From the human T2T-CHM13v2.0 reference genome, Homo sapiens, in the NCBI RefSeq assembly GCF_009914755.1, contig NC_060942.1: a DNA stretch of 64,000 bases, one strand, 5' to 3'. The translations under genes were made by a program, and so were the position numbers. The notes under the pieces were generated by a model. That model had not been told where the DNA came from. It saw only the letters and a program-made list of their open reading frames with translations, and made no database searches. Below, piece by piece: positions 30,096 through 47,436 of this stretch; position 1 is the first letter of the stretch; every line of letters begins with the position of its first letter.

Positions 30096-31511
30096 ATGTC
30101 TTCCTCTACTGGGGTCGTTCTGGCTTTTTGTTAGAAACTTGGTCTGAGATGTTTCTTCCCTGTCCATTACCATTCGATGTTCTTTTATTCAGAGCAATGT
30201 TTCTTGTATTCTGAAACTGGAAACTGAACCAGTTTGTTTCTCCTAGTCACCAAGCATACTTTCCTGGCTCCCCAAGTACTTAAATGTTCTCATCTGTCGC
30301 ACCCCTGTATTTGCCTCACCCCTGCATGGTCGGAAATCTTCGTTTCAGGTCAGAACAGCCTGGGGTCTGTGGGTAAAATCAGCCCTTCTCCCAGGCCTGT
30401 GCACACACCCCCTCAGCACTCCCTATGCACTTTCCTGACACGCAAAGACACAGCCCTCTTTCCCCACTGGGCGTCCTACCCCAGTGAGGTTGAAGGCACC
30501 AATTCCAAGAATCCCTCCAACCTCCCTGCCAGCACTCCCCCTTCACCCCACACCCGGCCCCCCCACCTAACCACAGCGCCTCTCCAGACCTACCTCGGGA
30601 CCTAATGTTCTCTACATGAACTGCTCATTTGGAGGACAGCAGTGAGGTCCTGCCATAGAGCAAATGTGTTAGGAGAGAAGGTTTCACATGGGACCCAACA
30701 TCCTTCATCAATACTTTCCTGAGTTTGATCATCCATTTAGCCTTGACAAACAGCAGACCCTACAGAGATGTGTTGGAGAGCACGTCGTGACCTTGGGGGC
30801 AAGGAATCCAGAAAGGTAGGAAGATATGAAAAGAGAGGTGTCAACAGCAAGGGCTCTTAGGGGTCAGGCACCAGCATGGAGACCTCATGACAAAGGAAGG
30901 GACTCAAAGCAGCAATGCCCCTCATAGTGTAGGCTAAGGTGAGTTTGGTGCATGCAAACCTGTGTGCTCACCCACAGAGCATGGGGTAATGGTGTGTAGA
31001 CACAGGCCCTCTGCAGAAGCGTGGGGTGGGGACACTGACAGCCCCTATCTGGTCCCCAGGAACATTCTACCATTTCTGCCACTGGTGTTCAGCTCCTTCT
31101 CTTCCCCCAACACTCCCAAAGATACCCACAGGAAGTCCAGCCAGTTTCCAGGTAGAGGATTCCACCAGTTGGTCTTGGGCTGCGTTCACCCTCACATCAC
31201 AGCACCTTAAATCTAATCAGCAAACTATAATTTGTACGTTGAAACCTGCAACACATTAGAAACTTATATTTAAAAACAGAATTAATCACACTGACCAACT
31301 TTTAAATGGAAAATATGTAAATAGGAAGTGTTTGGGTTTTGTTTTTTCTTTAAGAAAAAGAAATGTACACCACTCCTCATGTGCCATTTTGTCCTCAGAG
31401 GGCGGCTTTACTTTTTTGGTAAAGGAACAAGCTGCTGGCCTTGACCAGGAGTTCATATATAACTGTTATTACAGAGGAATTGTTATAACTACTAATGTTT
31501 TTAAAAAATTT

Positions 31512-31551
31512 ATTAAACATTATTAAACTTGATCAGGTCAGGCCAAATAAA
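31512..31551 (+). terminator. Polyadenylation signal cluster: ATTAAA (31512), ATTAAA (31522), AATAAA (31546-31551)
   Basis: Hexamers read directly. Upstream UGUA motifs at 31316 and 31364. U-rich downstream element at 31569-31600. Confidence 0.8.
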
Positions 31552-32420
31552 GTTTTATTGGAACACAGATTTATTTATGTATTATTCATTTATGTATTAT
31601 CTGATCCTGTCTTTGAGAGTGCTAAGAGCCTAGCTGGCTTCTCCCTGTGCCCATGAAGGCCACTGTATTTGGGGGTGGGGGAAGGACTCGGGAGGGGACA
31701 ATCTACAGAGATTGGTAATCAGGAGGTGATTCCAGAATCATCTGGTGAGACCTGGTGTCCATATTGTGAATTTCAAACTATATCTTGGCGCTAACACCAA
31801 AACTTCTGACCAGGGCTGGTTCTCTCCTCTAGTCACAAAAGGTGCCAACATCATGAGATTGGGGGGAACCAACTACCTAAAAATACCCACCCGTGCTACC
31901 CCTCACAGATGCCTGAGATCCCATCCATCTGAAGTCGACCCCTTTGTAATATTAAACTGTTAGTCTTCATTTGTAATTCAACAAATACAGTTGACCCTTA
32001 AACAATACAGGTCTTTTGGCTAAAAGAACTTTCTACTGTTGAAATGCACCTGAGCCAAGAGGAGCAGCCTATTAAGCCAATTATCAGATTATTTCCAAAG
32101 TGTCTGCTGAGCGTGGCCATGCTGAGTGGATGCAGGTGAAGGGAGGCCAGAGCCAGGCCACACACCTGGTTGAAATTTTATATTGAAGAAGACTTGAAGC
32201 CCAATGTGAGGCCTGGGCTGCTAGAATGTAGGAAATGGAGTGTGGAGAGAGGGAATTGAGAAGCACAAACAGCAAACAGCACCAAAGAGGAAGGAGGACC
32301 GAAAAAGGAGGAAAGAGGGCACCTCAAAGGTAATAGTTCACAATCTCATCCAGCCACCTCTGATTCTAAGATGAAAACTTCTGTTAGGAGGGGTCCTAGG
32401 TCTACCCTATGTGAATAACA

Positions 32421-33106
<686 letters not shown>

Positions 33107-34402
33107 TGTGTAAGATGCTATGTGGCCTCCACGTCTTTGTGAATAAGTACACAACTTGCCTTGTCTTTTCTAGCCACTGACATTCCAGTTCAGAAATGCC
33201 ACATTTCCATGACATTTTCTAATTACACATCCTATTTTCATGACATGATTGTCTCATTACACATCCTCGTTTACTTTCCATTCTTTAGGGAAATGTCTTC
33301 ATTTGCTAGTGAGAAGTTTCTAAAAGTGTGGGAACCATCCTACTTGAGCTGAGGCTGAGGGGACATTATGCCAGAGGTTACTACCATGATTAGAAACCAG
33401 GCTTTTTGCTAGGATGGTTAGAACAGGCAAAAGCTCGACTTGAAAGCTGTGGTTCTCGATTGAACTAGTAAACTCCACATGGAGAGGGAAAATGTCTGAT
33501 GTCCCCAACTGCTCGATTATGAGTCAAACTGTAGCAAGGGTGTGTCAAACAGCATATTCTCTTCATTGAGACTGAATCACTGAGAAAGCCCAGAAATACC
33601 TGCCTGGGTAATAGTCCTGTCTTTATTCATTATTCAATGAATATAAAAATTGACAGTAGATGGGCATTTACAGATCATCTAATCCAACCCCCTCATTTTG
33701 CTGATGAGTAGACTGACAGCAGCAAAGTAATTTGCCCAAAGCCACACAGTCAGTGGCAGAGCTAGAACAAGAGCCCAAATAGTCTTTCCAGGATAAACTC
33801 GTTTCATTCAACCTAACTGGGATACAGATGCTGCGATTGATACTTGGAGGAACAAAATCAGCCCTGAGGATGAGAACAGACCACAAAGGCAGGAACCAGG
33901 CCATCACAGGCCCCATGCTCTGCTCACCTCTTTGCCTGGGTGCTGGAGCCCTGAGCCTCTGGATGCCTGGAGCCCCAGAGCTGCCCTTAGTAATGGCTTT
34001 CTGCCCCTCCAGACAGTTCCTGCCTAGCTTGGGGCCTGATCTGTGTAGTAAGGAAACAAAGAAAAGAGAAGAGGGCACTGGCTTAGTTTGATTTCCTTCA
34101 GCAGCAAACCGTGAGATACGGATTCAAGTGCAAGGTTGTGGATGAGGAAACACTGAGAGGGCAGTGAGGAGGTGACAGGGAAGAGAAGGAAGCAATAAAC
34201 GGTGCAAGCTCCTGCTGTGGGGAACTGTAGCTGTGTCCTGGCAGGGAGCTCCAGGAGGCAGAGCGCAACATACACCTGTGAGACTTCCTGCTGCAGCCAG
34301 GCCTGGGTTGAGGACTGCTCTCCTGGGATGCTCCCTCTGCAGCACCTCTGGCCTGCCCTGCACTGCAGCAGAATGGGCTCCAGTGGCTAGAAAAAGGCCA
34401 CA

Positions 34403-34965
<563 letters not shown>

Positions 34966-36654
34966 TCAGCGACACATGGCTTTTCTTTTCAATCTCCCAC
35001 ACACCCCAAGTGTACCATCAGTTTTCTACCAATAGTCTCACTAATCAACTTTGGGATCAGCAATCCCAGCCATGGTTGAGAAGTGTTGGTGTCAAACCAG
35101 TAGGGTCTTTGTGTCAGAGCCTGCTAGTAGGCCTGGGGCTTAAGTGAAAGAGTTGTGTGCTCTTGCCTGACTTGAGGGACATTTTGGTCCTTGAGGTGTG
35201 AGTTTCACCTCATTGAATTACATTAAGAACTTCACTAAGACCACCGAGAACCCTTCTAGATGTTGACACCTGAGATCTCAGAATTGAAATTACTTAGTCT
35301 GCACTGATGTTCTCCCTTGCTCTGCACATTCTTGACTCACCAGTATCTGAATATTCCTATGCCTTGATGCCTGTTAGTGCCTAGTGGCACACGTAAGAGT
35401 GACAATGTGGCAGGGCTGAGTCCAGTGCATAATCAGGAAACCAAGCACAACCCACCAGGGGGCTGAACCCATGGCTCAAGGCTCCATGACACAGCACTCC
35501 TGCCAGGCAGCTCTGCTAAACTCTGGGCCACACTCCACTTCATTAGTAGTGAATGGCTCCGTTTCCATCGGAAACCAAAAAAAGCCATCTCAAGGTTGAA
35601 GTGAGACCGGTCTCAAGGCCCTTGCGATGGGCTCATGTTGGCCCTTCAGTGCACCTACCCAACATACAGGCTCTGTGGTGGAAAATAGGGAGCATAGGAA
35701 TGACGCAAGTGTGTGGCTGAGAGCAAGACCGTGTCTTCAACAATTGCTTCATCCTGTCTCCCAGAACTGCTCACAGGTACACGAAAATGGTTTACATCTT
35801 CTCTCCTGTAATTCAAGGGCTCAATACTAAGGTAGAGCTTTAAACATTGAGAAATTCAGAAACAAGGACGCTGTGAGCCATGCTGTGAGTTTTCCACTCC
35901 ACTGATAGTGTCAAAATATGGCTGTGGGGTTGCAATGGCCATCAGAGTTTGACCATCGTTGTCTTGAGTTGGTTCCCTAAAATCAGTGCCTGAGATGGGC
36001 ATTTGGGGGCCAGTGATTCACTGCCCGAATGCTCTAGGAAGTGGGGGATACAAGAGACCAACAGAGTATCAGCTTCCTGTATTTCCCCTTCCTAGACCAG
36101 GGGGATCTCAGCAGGCTTGTGGTCCTGGCTACAGACCAGCTTCAGCCTGGTCCCACCAAGAGCTCTGGTGCCTGAATTGCACCATAGAGTGGGGCCACCT
36201 TGAGAAAAGAGGATGGCCTTTGGTGCCTCCATGTCATCCAGTCATGGCTGCCAGCTGGGGAGGGTGGGGCGAGGAAACAGAACTCATTCAGCCAAGAGCA
36301 ACTCTAGAGGCAGCTAGGAGCTATTTAGCAGCCACAACCCACAGCAGCTGGGTGATGGGTATACTCCCTGCTGCAGGGGATCTGGGCAGGTACCACCTGC
36401 ATTGCAGGGCACTGCACTAGGCACTATGGGGGATAAAGAGGTAGGAGAAGGACCCGCCCCCAGAGGATTTTATCATTCAAGTGGGAAAATAGGGTAAATA
36501 TATAAGGTCTCTGAGGTGCACCTGGAGACCTTCAACGTTCCCCACCTGTTGAGCCCTCCATGGCCCATCATTATTGATTTCCTGCTGTTGATATTCCCAA
36601 AAGTTGCCTCTCCACCACTGCTCCCCACCTCAGAACCCTCAGCCCAGTGACTGT

Positions 36655-37196
36655 CTTGAGGATCCCCAAGACCACCTTAGGCTTCATGATTCACTAGAAG
36701 GACTCGCAAGACAGAAAAGCTGGTATACTCACGGTTATCATTTATAACCATGAAAAGGGATTAGAATCAGCAAAGGGAAAAGGCGTATGAGCAACCTCCA
36801 GGAGAAGCCACATCTAAGCCTCCAGGTGTCCTCTCCCAATAGAATTGCATGAAGATGTGCTTAATTCTTCCAGCAACGATGTGGGTAGTATTGTCAAACC
36901 AGAAAATGTCACCTGAGCCTTGGAGTCCAGGGTTTCTATGGGGATGGTCAAAGATAGCCATGCAGTGCCTACGTGACCTACTTAGTCTCCAGCCCCCAGA
37001 GGTCACACTGATACAGCATGGCCCAGGGACTCAGGCACACAAAAAAAACCACTCTTATCAGGCCGTCTATTCCAAGGGCTCAGAGGTTATCTCCCAGAGG
37101 CCAATCAAGAACCTGTCCTCCTAAACACAGGCCTTTCTTTGAAATGTGCAGGGTTTGAGCAAGCAGGGCCCACCAACTTAACCCTTTACTGCACAG
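36655..37196. mobile_element. LTR element (MER21-like)
   Basis: ggatccccaagaccacc...gattcactagaaggactc...cttaattcttccagcaacgatgtg...ttaaccctttactgcaca. Confidence 0.6.
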
Positions 37197-37483
37197 TGAC
37201 ATTGAATATATTTGTATCTTTTGCAATTCTGAAGTCATGTGAGTTTATCTTATGTGAGCATTACAGCAAAACTGAGGCAACACAGCTACTTATAATAGAG
37301 ATCTTATTTGGTACACGTGCCTACGTACTTTTAAGCATGTGTAGCATCATTAAAACATAACAATAGAAGCATGCATGCTGAGACAGAGCAGAACTAACAC
37401 CTGAGATTCCATTTCTTATTGAATCATGGTCTGCTTATGAAAGCTGAACCTGTCAACGAATGTGCAAGCTAGCTCACTGCTCA

Positions 37484-38005
<522 letters not shown>

Positions 38006-38616
38006 TCAACAGCCAGGCTGAGCCACGTGACAGCTCCAGACCTTGGAAGATTCCAAGAGACATGTGGAGCTGGGTTCCTGGGGGCTCTGGCGGTGAGAAG
38101 GAAGGAAAAGGTCAGACTCCTCCCATATAGGCTCCCCCTGGGTATGATTAGAGGGTGTGATTTTATGTGTCAATTTGGCTGGGCCACCATGGCAAGCCAA
38201 ACATTATTCTAAATATTTTTGTGAGGATGTTTTTGGATGAAATTAATAATTAAGTCAGTGAGACTTTATGTAAATCAGATTGCCCTACATAACACGAGTG
38301 GGCCCCTCCTAATCAGTGGAAGGCCTAAATAGAACAAAAAATGACCTCTCCCAAGCAAAAAGGAACTCTGCCTGCAGACAGCCTTCTGACTTAAACATCC
38401 AAGCACCATTGGCTCTTCCCTGGATCTCCAGCTGCTGGCCCACCCCGAAGACTTCAGACTTGCCAGCCTCCATAATTCCTTAAAATATATTTCTTACTTA
38501 ATTTTAAGGAATTAGGTATAATTATTAGGAATATGTATACACACAGAGAGAAGTATATTTAAGGAATTATATTTTAAGGAATATATATTTTAAGGAATCA
38601 ATAAGATATGTGTGTA

Positions 38617-39087
38617 CACTGCATATACTCACTTATAAGTGGGAGCTGAACAATGAGAACACATGGACACAAGAGGGGAAAAACACACACTGGGGCCTGT
38701 CGGGGGGTGGGTCAGGGGAGGGAGGGTATTAGGATAAATAGCTAACACATGTTCAGCTTAATACCTAGGTGATGGGTTGATAGGTGCAGCAAACCACCAT
38801 GGCACACATTTACCTATGTAACAAACCTGTGTAATGTTACCTACGTAACAAACATGCAATGATGGGTTGCCGTGAAAAGCAATCATCTCCAGCCGCCCCA
38901 GAGCTGCACTGTAATGTGAAACTGAGGGTTTTGGAGTTCTGAGGCCAAGGGAGCTCTGTGGCTGTGCAGTTGCCTGAGGAATGGCTGCACAAAGAAGCAC
39001 GGTTAAGAGATAAGGATGTCGGTACACATCCTGCACATGTACATCCTGCACATGTACCCTGGTACTTAAAATTTAAATTAAAAAAAA
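38617..39087 (+). mobile_element. 5'-truncated L1 (older L1PA/L1PB-type 3' end) carrying a 171-bp foreign insert
   Basis: ctcacttataagtgggagctgaacaatgagaacacatggacac...gatgggttgataggtgcagcaaaccaccatggcacac...cacatgtaccctgg. TSD aagatatgtgtgta at 38603-38616 and 39086-39099. Confidence 0.9.
38852..39022 (+). repeat. 171-bp direct copy of 37523-37693
   Basis: Base-by-base comparison shows 3 mismatches in 171 nt. Confidence 0.95.
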
Positions 39088-39182
39088 GATATGTGTGTAT
39101 ATATTTGTGTGCATATACATATATATACACACACATATATATATACACATACATATATATATGTATATGTGTACACATATAT
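39088..39182. repeat. Compound (TA)n/(CA)n/(TG)n low-complexity repeat
   Basis: atatatacacacacatatatatatacacatacatatatat. Confidence 0.85.
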
Positions 39183-39249
39183 CTTATTGATTCTGTTTCT
39201 CTGGAGAACCCTGACCAGGGGTTCCAGGACTTTACATGTCCTGTTCCAT

Positions 39250-39575
39250 TTTAATTCCCACAACTGGAGAGATAGGTTATTATACCCATTTTACCAATGA
39301 GGAAACTGAGGCACAGAGAAGTAATTTGTCCAAGGTCAGCGAACATAGGAGTTTGGAGCAAGGACAATAGAGTCAGACAGGCTGGACTAGAATACCAGCT
39401 CTTCCAGTTACTAGCTGTGAGACCTGGGGCAAGTTACTGAACCTTTTTATGCCTCAGTTCCCTCATCGGTAAAATGGGGATAATAATGTTATCTATCTTA
39501 TAGCATTACTATGAGGATTAAAGATGTTTAAATATGTAAAGCACTTGGACCAATACAGTGTTAGGTATGTAGAAA
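39250..39575. mobile_element. Two MIR fragments in opposite orientation
   Basis: cccattttaccaatgaggaaactgaggcacagaga and tgcctcagttccctcatcggtaaaatgggga. Confidence 0.8.
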
Positions 39576-39583
39576 ACGTTTTG

Positions 39584-40535
<952 letters not shown>

Positions 40536-40664
40536 TGAACAAGATTATACCAATTGTAATTGGTGGATCCAGAATTCAAACTTAATAATGCTGACAATGT
40601 TATGTGATCTCTGGGGTTTTCACACTACATCAAACAATATGGAAAATCCACTTATTACCCTCCC

Positions 40665-40946
40665 TTTTTTTAAAGGCAGACTCTTGCTCTGTCACCAAGT
40701 GGGGCCAGGTATAGTGACTCCCTGCAGCCCCAAACTCCTGGGCTCAAGTAATTCTCTTACCTCAGCCTCCCAAGTGGCTGTGACTACAGGCACCCACCAC
40801 TACGCCTGGTTAATGTTTGTATTTTTTGTAGAGACACGGTCTTGCTATGTTGCCCAAGCCGGTCTTGAATTCCCGGCCTCAAGCAGCCCTCAGGCCTCAG
40901 CCTCCCCAAAGTGTTGAGATTACAGGCCTGAGCCACCACACCTGGT
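40665..40946 (-). mobile_element. Alu (antisense, diverged)
   Basis: Reverse Alu consensus. Confidence 0.9.
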
Positions 40947-41349
40947 CCCACTTCCCCATTAAAAATAAAAATCAACTGAAAAGTACACTACGCCCCACCT
41001 CTAACCCCACAGGGAAGGCCCCTGAATCCAGATTTGTACTGTGGTGACCTTCCTCAATCACCCCTCCCATTCCCACCACAGTAATTGGACCAGGGTGCAC
41101 ACCTGATCCAAGTTGAGCAAATAATAATCCCTCTCCTGGAAATTTAGATTTAAGGTACAGAGATGATTGTCTGTCTTTGCTGTTGCTTAAACTGAGGACA
41201 AGAGCTCTAGGGAGTATGTAGACAAAACCTACAACCAGACCAGAGCTGAGAGAATCCAACTATAGGAGACTCATGAATGCCAGGTGGGAGTGGGAGATGT
41301 GGAGGGGCCTCAGAGGGCCAATTTCCTCCCTCACAGTTCTGCCTATGGC

Positions 41350-42056
<707 letters not shown>

Positions 42057-43874
42057 GGCTGACCCTGCCTTGGCAGGGCAGAGATCAATCAATGACAAGA
42101 GATGTCTCTTTGGTTTAGCACATACGTAGGGTCTCTTTGACACCTTCTTGAGCTGATGCTCTCACTGGGGAAAGACATTTAAGGACCAAAGACACAAGGT
42201 TGTAGGTGTAATTAAACTTCCATAAGGATCTGTGAATAGGAAAGTTGATTCAGCCAACAAATGTCCCCTGACCATGGGAAGGAGACAAGCCACAGCTGTT
42301 TTTACCAAGTGGAGCTCATTAAATTAATTACCTTACCACCAGACAGCTCATTCAACACCCTGGAGGAGTTTTAATAAAATCAGGGATGTCTGAGCAGAAA
42401 GAGGCCATCTAGTGAATCCAAACGGTCACCCTAGAGAGAGGGTCGCAGGCCCAGGGAAGCTAGGTGACAGCTGCAAGTTCACACGGCAAGCGGGTGGCTC
42501 CTGGCTCATAATCTAGTGCTCTTCCTTCTACAGAATGAAACTTTATCTTGGGATTTGTGCATTCACTGGGGTTGGCTATTCAAAAATTCCAACATTCTTT
42601 TCTCTTGTTTCTCTTCCTCCCTAGAGGCTGAAAAAGTTGCTTCCCTTGCCTTCCTGAGAGCAACTCACAGCCAGTGACCCAGTTCAACAAGATATAAAAG
42701 GATGTTTCCTGAGAAGCTTCTCAATACTCAAGTTCAATGGGCCACATGAGGAGCAAACCTTTACCCTCTGCTTTTTGCTTTTAAATGTTGATGCAATGCT
42801 GGAACCTCAGCAGCCCCCTTGAGATCATGAGGCAATAGGACAAAGGACAAAAAGCCAAACAGACTGAGGGAGTGTAAAAGAGGAACAGAAAGAGCCCACA
42901 ATGACAAAGTTAAGCTGCTGAATCAGCCCTAGAGCTGCCTACATTTCAGTTAAGAAAGCAATAAATATCCTTGTGATTAGGCCAATTCATCTTTGGTCAC
43001 AAGTTTTCCTTTGCTTACAGCTGAAGGCAACCCAGTGATTACAGGGTGAATTTGAAGGCACCTGGTTTCTCCACTATCTTGTTCTTGCTACCCCTTTGCA
43101 ATCTGGGATCCCTGCAGCTTGGTAGACTATATAAACTTGTCCTGTTCTCTAACACCTACAGTTGGTGAAATTTGTTACACGCCTGGGACCACCTGGCTGC
43201 TCTTAGGGGCATATTTTGCCCAGTGTTATGTCTCTTGCTGCAAAAAAGCTGACTTTTTAAAGAGCCAAATGAGCAAAGCTTTCAAATCACAGTGAATGAG
43301 TGGGCTCTTACAGACACTATACAGCCACAAGTTGCCTCTCACCTCCTCCTGCCACCCAGAGACATTTTCTTGATTTATTGCATTTTAACCCATATCTCTC
43401 TAGCCATCCATCTCTCCAGCCTATATTTCGAGATGTTTACTGGATACTTAGCCCCTCTCAGGAACAACCCATTCCCCATTTTTCAAGTCCTCCTGACTTT
43501 AACATCTTCCTGTGTCTCCTACCTTTGCATTTGCTGGGGGAAGATAGATATTTATACAGAGAAACTCCCATCTGCAAGCCCCATTTCCTCATAAATTTTA
43601 ATCCTATTTCTCCTTCAGCATGAGGGGTGAGGAGTGGTTCTGGCAAAAGAGGAGAACGTGAGGACATGTTGTAGGCTCAGCCCAGAGGCCCACAAAACCA
43701 CACACTCCCTGTCTCCTTCCCCTTCTCTGAGCCATACCCTCTCAGGGCAGTCATGGCTTAGAACTAACAACTGCACAAGATGAAGAATCTGAGACCTTTC
43801 TCTACCTGCTTCTCTCACTGAAATTGATTTGCCCTACCCTTTTGAAATCCTGGTTGCTAGAAGTTCCTGGTCCT

Positions 43875-45020
<1,146 letters not shown>

Positions 45021-45197
45021 GAATGCTATGAGCTGACTACAGCCATAATCCTTTTTCAATAATATTCCACTTCAGTGGGGTCTTTATCTTCTGAAACCAA
45101 AGGAGGGGCACTCATAGCTGAGCTCCAGGCCCCATGTATCCTTTGTGGGGCAGGCCTCCTTCAAATCAATCACAAAAGTGTTGGTCTCTTGTCATAA

Positions 45198-45547
<350 letters not shown>

Positions 45548-46212
45548 AAAAGTGATGTTTATTAGACAGAATAGTATCTCTCGAAATTGGAGGGCAAGAG
45601 GCCAAACTGGGTCTCATAAGGAACTACCCTTAAGCCCCTGGGAAGCCAAGGCCAAGGTTCTTTTCTCCACCTCCCTGTGCAAAGCGTTTTATTTTCTCAT
45701 CTCTTGGCCCAAACACTTTCATTTCACTTCAAGCCCTGAACCTATATGTCCTTCTGCTTCATCTAAGTTTAGCAGATCAATCTCTGAAGTCACCAGGACG
45801 GAGTGGAGACTCAAGATGACCTGCTTACCAGATTACAGGTAATTTATTTTATCTCTAGTGGTGCCAGACGTTGCATTTTACATTTGAGTCCCATGACGCT
45901 AGGCTGTGATTTATTTATTAGACTTGACAATGACATAAGTCCGCCTTGTGCATGCAGAGGAAATTTTAGTCTGATTCTGAAACTGGAAGGAGCTGCTGCC
46001 AAGATGTTCACTGATTTAATGTTGGGGGAGGGGGTAAGCCTTTCACTCTCATGAAACTTGCCTTTTGGCTTGTAAAATTAGGTGAAAAGAGAACACTCTT
46101 ATGATAACTCATAATTATGAAGATTTGCATATACGGAGGATGGTGGAAATCAAACTTCATTCCTTAAATACCTAGTGAGACTTGGTCAGACAGCCAGAGC
46201 TAAACCTCTTTC

Positions 46213-46521
46213 CTTTTCTTCTTCTTCTTTTTTTTTTTTTTTTTTTTTTTTGTGATGGAGTCTCTCTCTGTCACCCAGGCTGGAGTGCAATGGCATGATC
46301 TTGGCTCACTGCAACCTCTGCCTCCCAAGCTCAAGCAATCTCCTGCCTCAGCCTCCAGAGTAGCTGGGATTACAGGTGTGTGCCACCATGCCCAGCTAAT
46401 TTTTTAGTAGAGACAGGGCTTCACAATGTTGGCCAGGCTGGTCTCAAACTCCTGACCTCAAGTGATCCTCCCGCCTCGGCCTCCCAAAGTGCTGAGATTA
46501 CAGGTGTGAGCCACCGCGGCC
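46213..46521 (-). mobile_element. Alu (antisense)
   Basis: Reverse Alu. TSD gctaaacctctt on both sides. Confidence 0.95.
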
Positions 46522-47436
46522 AGCTCAGGGCTAAACCTCTTATGAGAGTGGCAGATGTCTCCCCAAATGGAGTGATCAAAACTCTGCAGAGAAGACCCCC
46601 AGACCCTCTTTCCCACTCTAATCTGTTCCCAGATGCCAATCTCTAGCCCTTAACAGCCACACCATTGAGATCACATGCAACCACACTACCCAGAAGAAAC
46701 AACGCATTTCACTAGCCTGAGTTCCTTCATCAGCTCAGCTAGATTTGGAACAGGTTGCAGAGAAAGGGATAGAGATCAGGCTGGTTTTGATGAAATGGGC
46801 AGAAAAAGCATGAGCCTGCAACAGAATCTCTTTTCAAGAAACAGAAACTAAAAAGCAAGTGGAAGAATCAGTGACCACTTGGTAAAGGAGCTAGAAGTTA
46901 AACTGGACAGAGAATAAAGAAGTGAATTTCCACAGGGAGAGTTGGGGAAAGGCCCTCTGGGATAACTTGGGTTTTTTTGTTGTTTTTGTTTTTGTTTTCC
47001 TAGATAGAGAATCTGAAATCCCTCTCAGGAGAGGGAAAGCCAGATCAGGCCAGGAGCAAGCCCCACTCTGGGGCAGAAACTTGCAGGAGGCTGAGAATAA
47101 GACCTGGTGAAGATGGAGGAGGAGGTGTCTGTACCTGTCCACAGCTTCATAACTTGTGCAAACACTGCAAGCATTTAGTCTTTCAGGTGTGACCTTCCTG
47201 GGTTGGCCTATTCACTAACCAGAAGCCCTTTAGTGGATCTTTCCTTAAAGGTGAAATCCGTGTTGATAATTTCTCCTTTTAAAAACTATATTGCTTGACA
47301 TTTTGGGCTGGATGATTAAACAAACAAACAAAAACCTACATTGCCATGTTTCCCAGACCTGATAACCTGAGAGGTAAGCTAGCCTTGTGGTACTGAGACC
47401 AATGTGGACAGCATGTCTTTGCCTCTTCTCTAGACT

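Larger units (their letters stand above)
29598..31575 (+). other. MAPK4: MAPK4 3'UTR (~2 kb; 3' end approximate)
   Basis: Alu-free sequence from the stop codon to an AU-rich cluster of poly(A) signals followed by a U-rich tract. Confidence 0.8.
38142..39216. mobile_element. MLT2 (ERVL) solo LTR interrupted by an L1 fragment
   Basis: ttttatgtgtcaatttggctgggcca...cagattgccct...; terminus tattgattctgtttctctggagaaccctgac. Confidence 0.8.
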
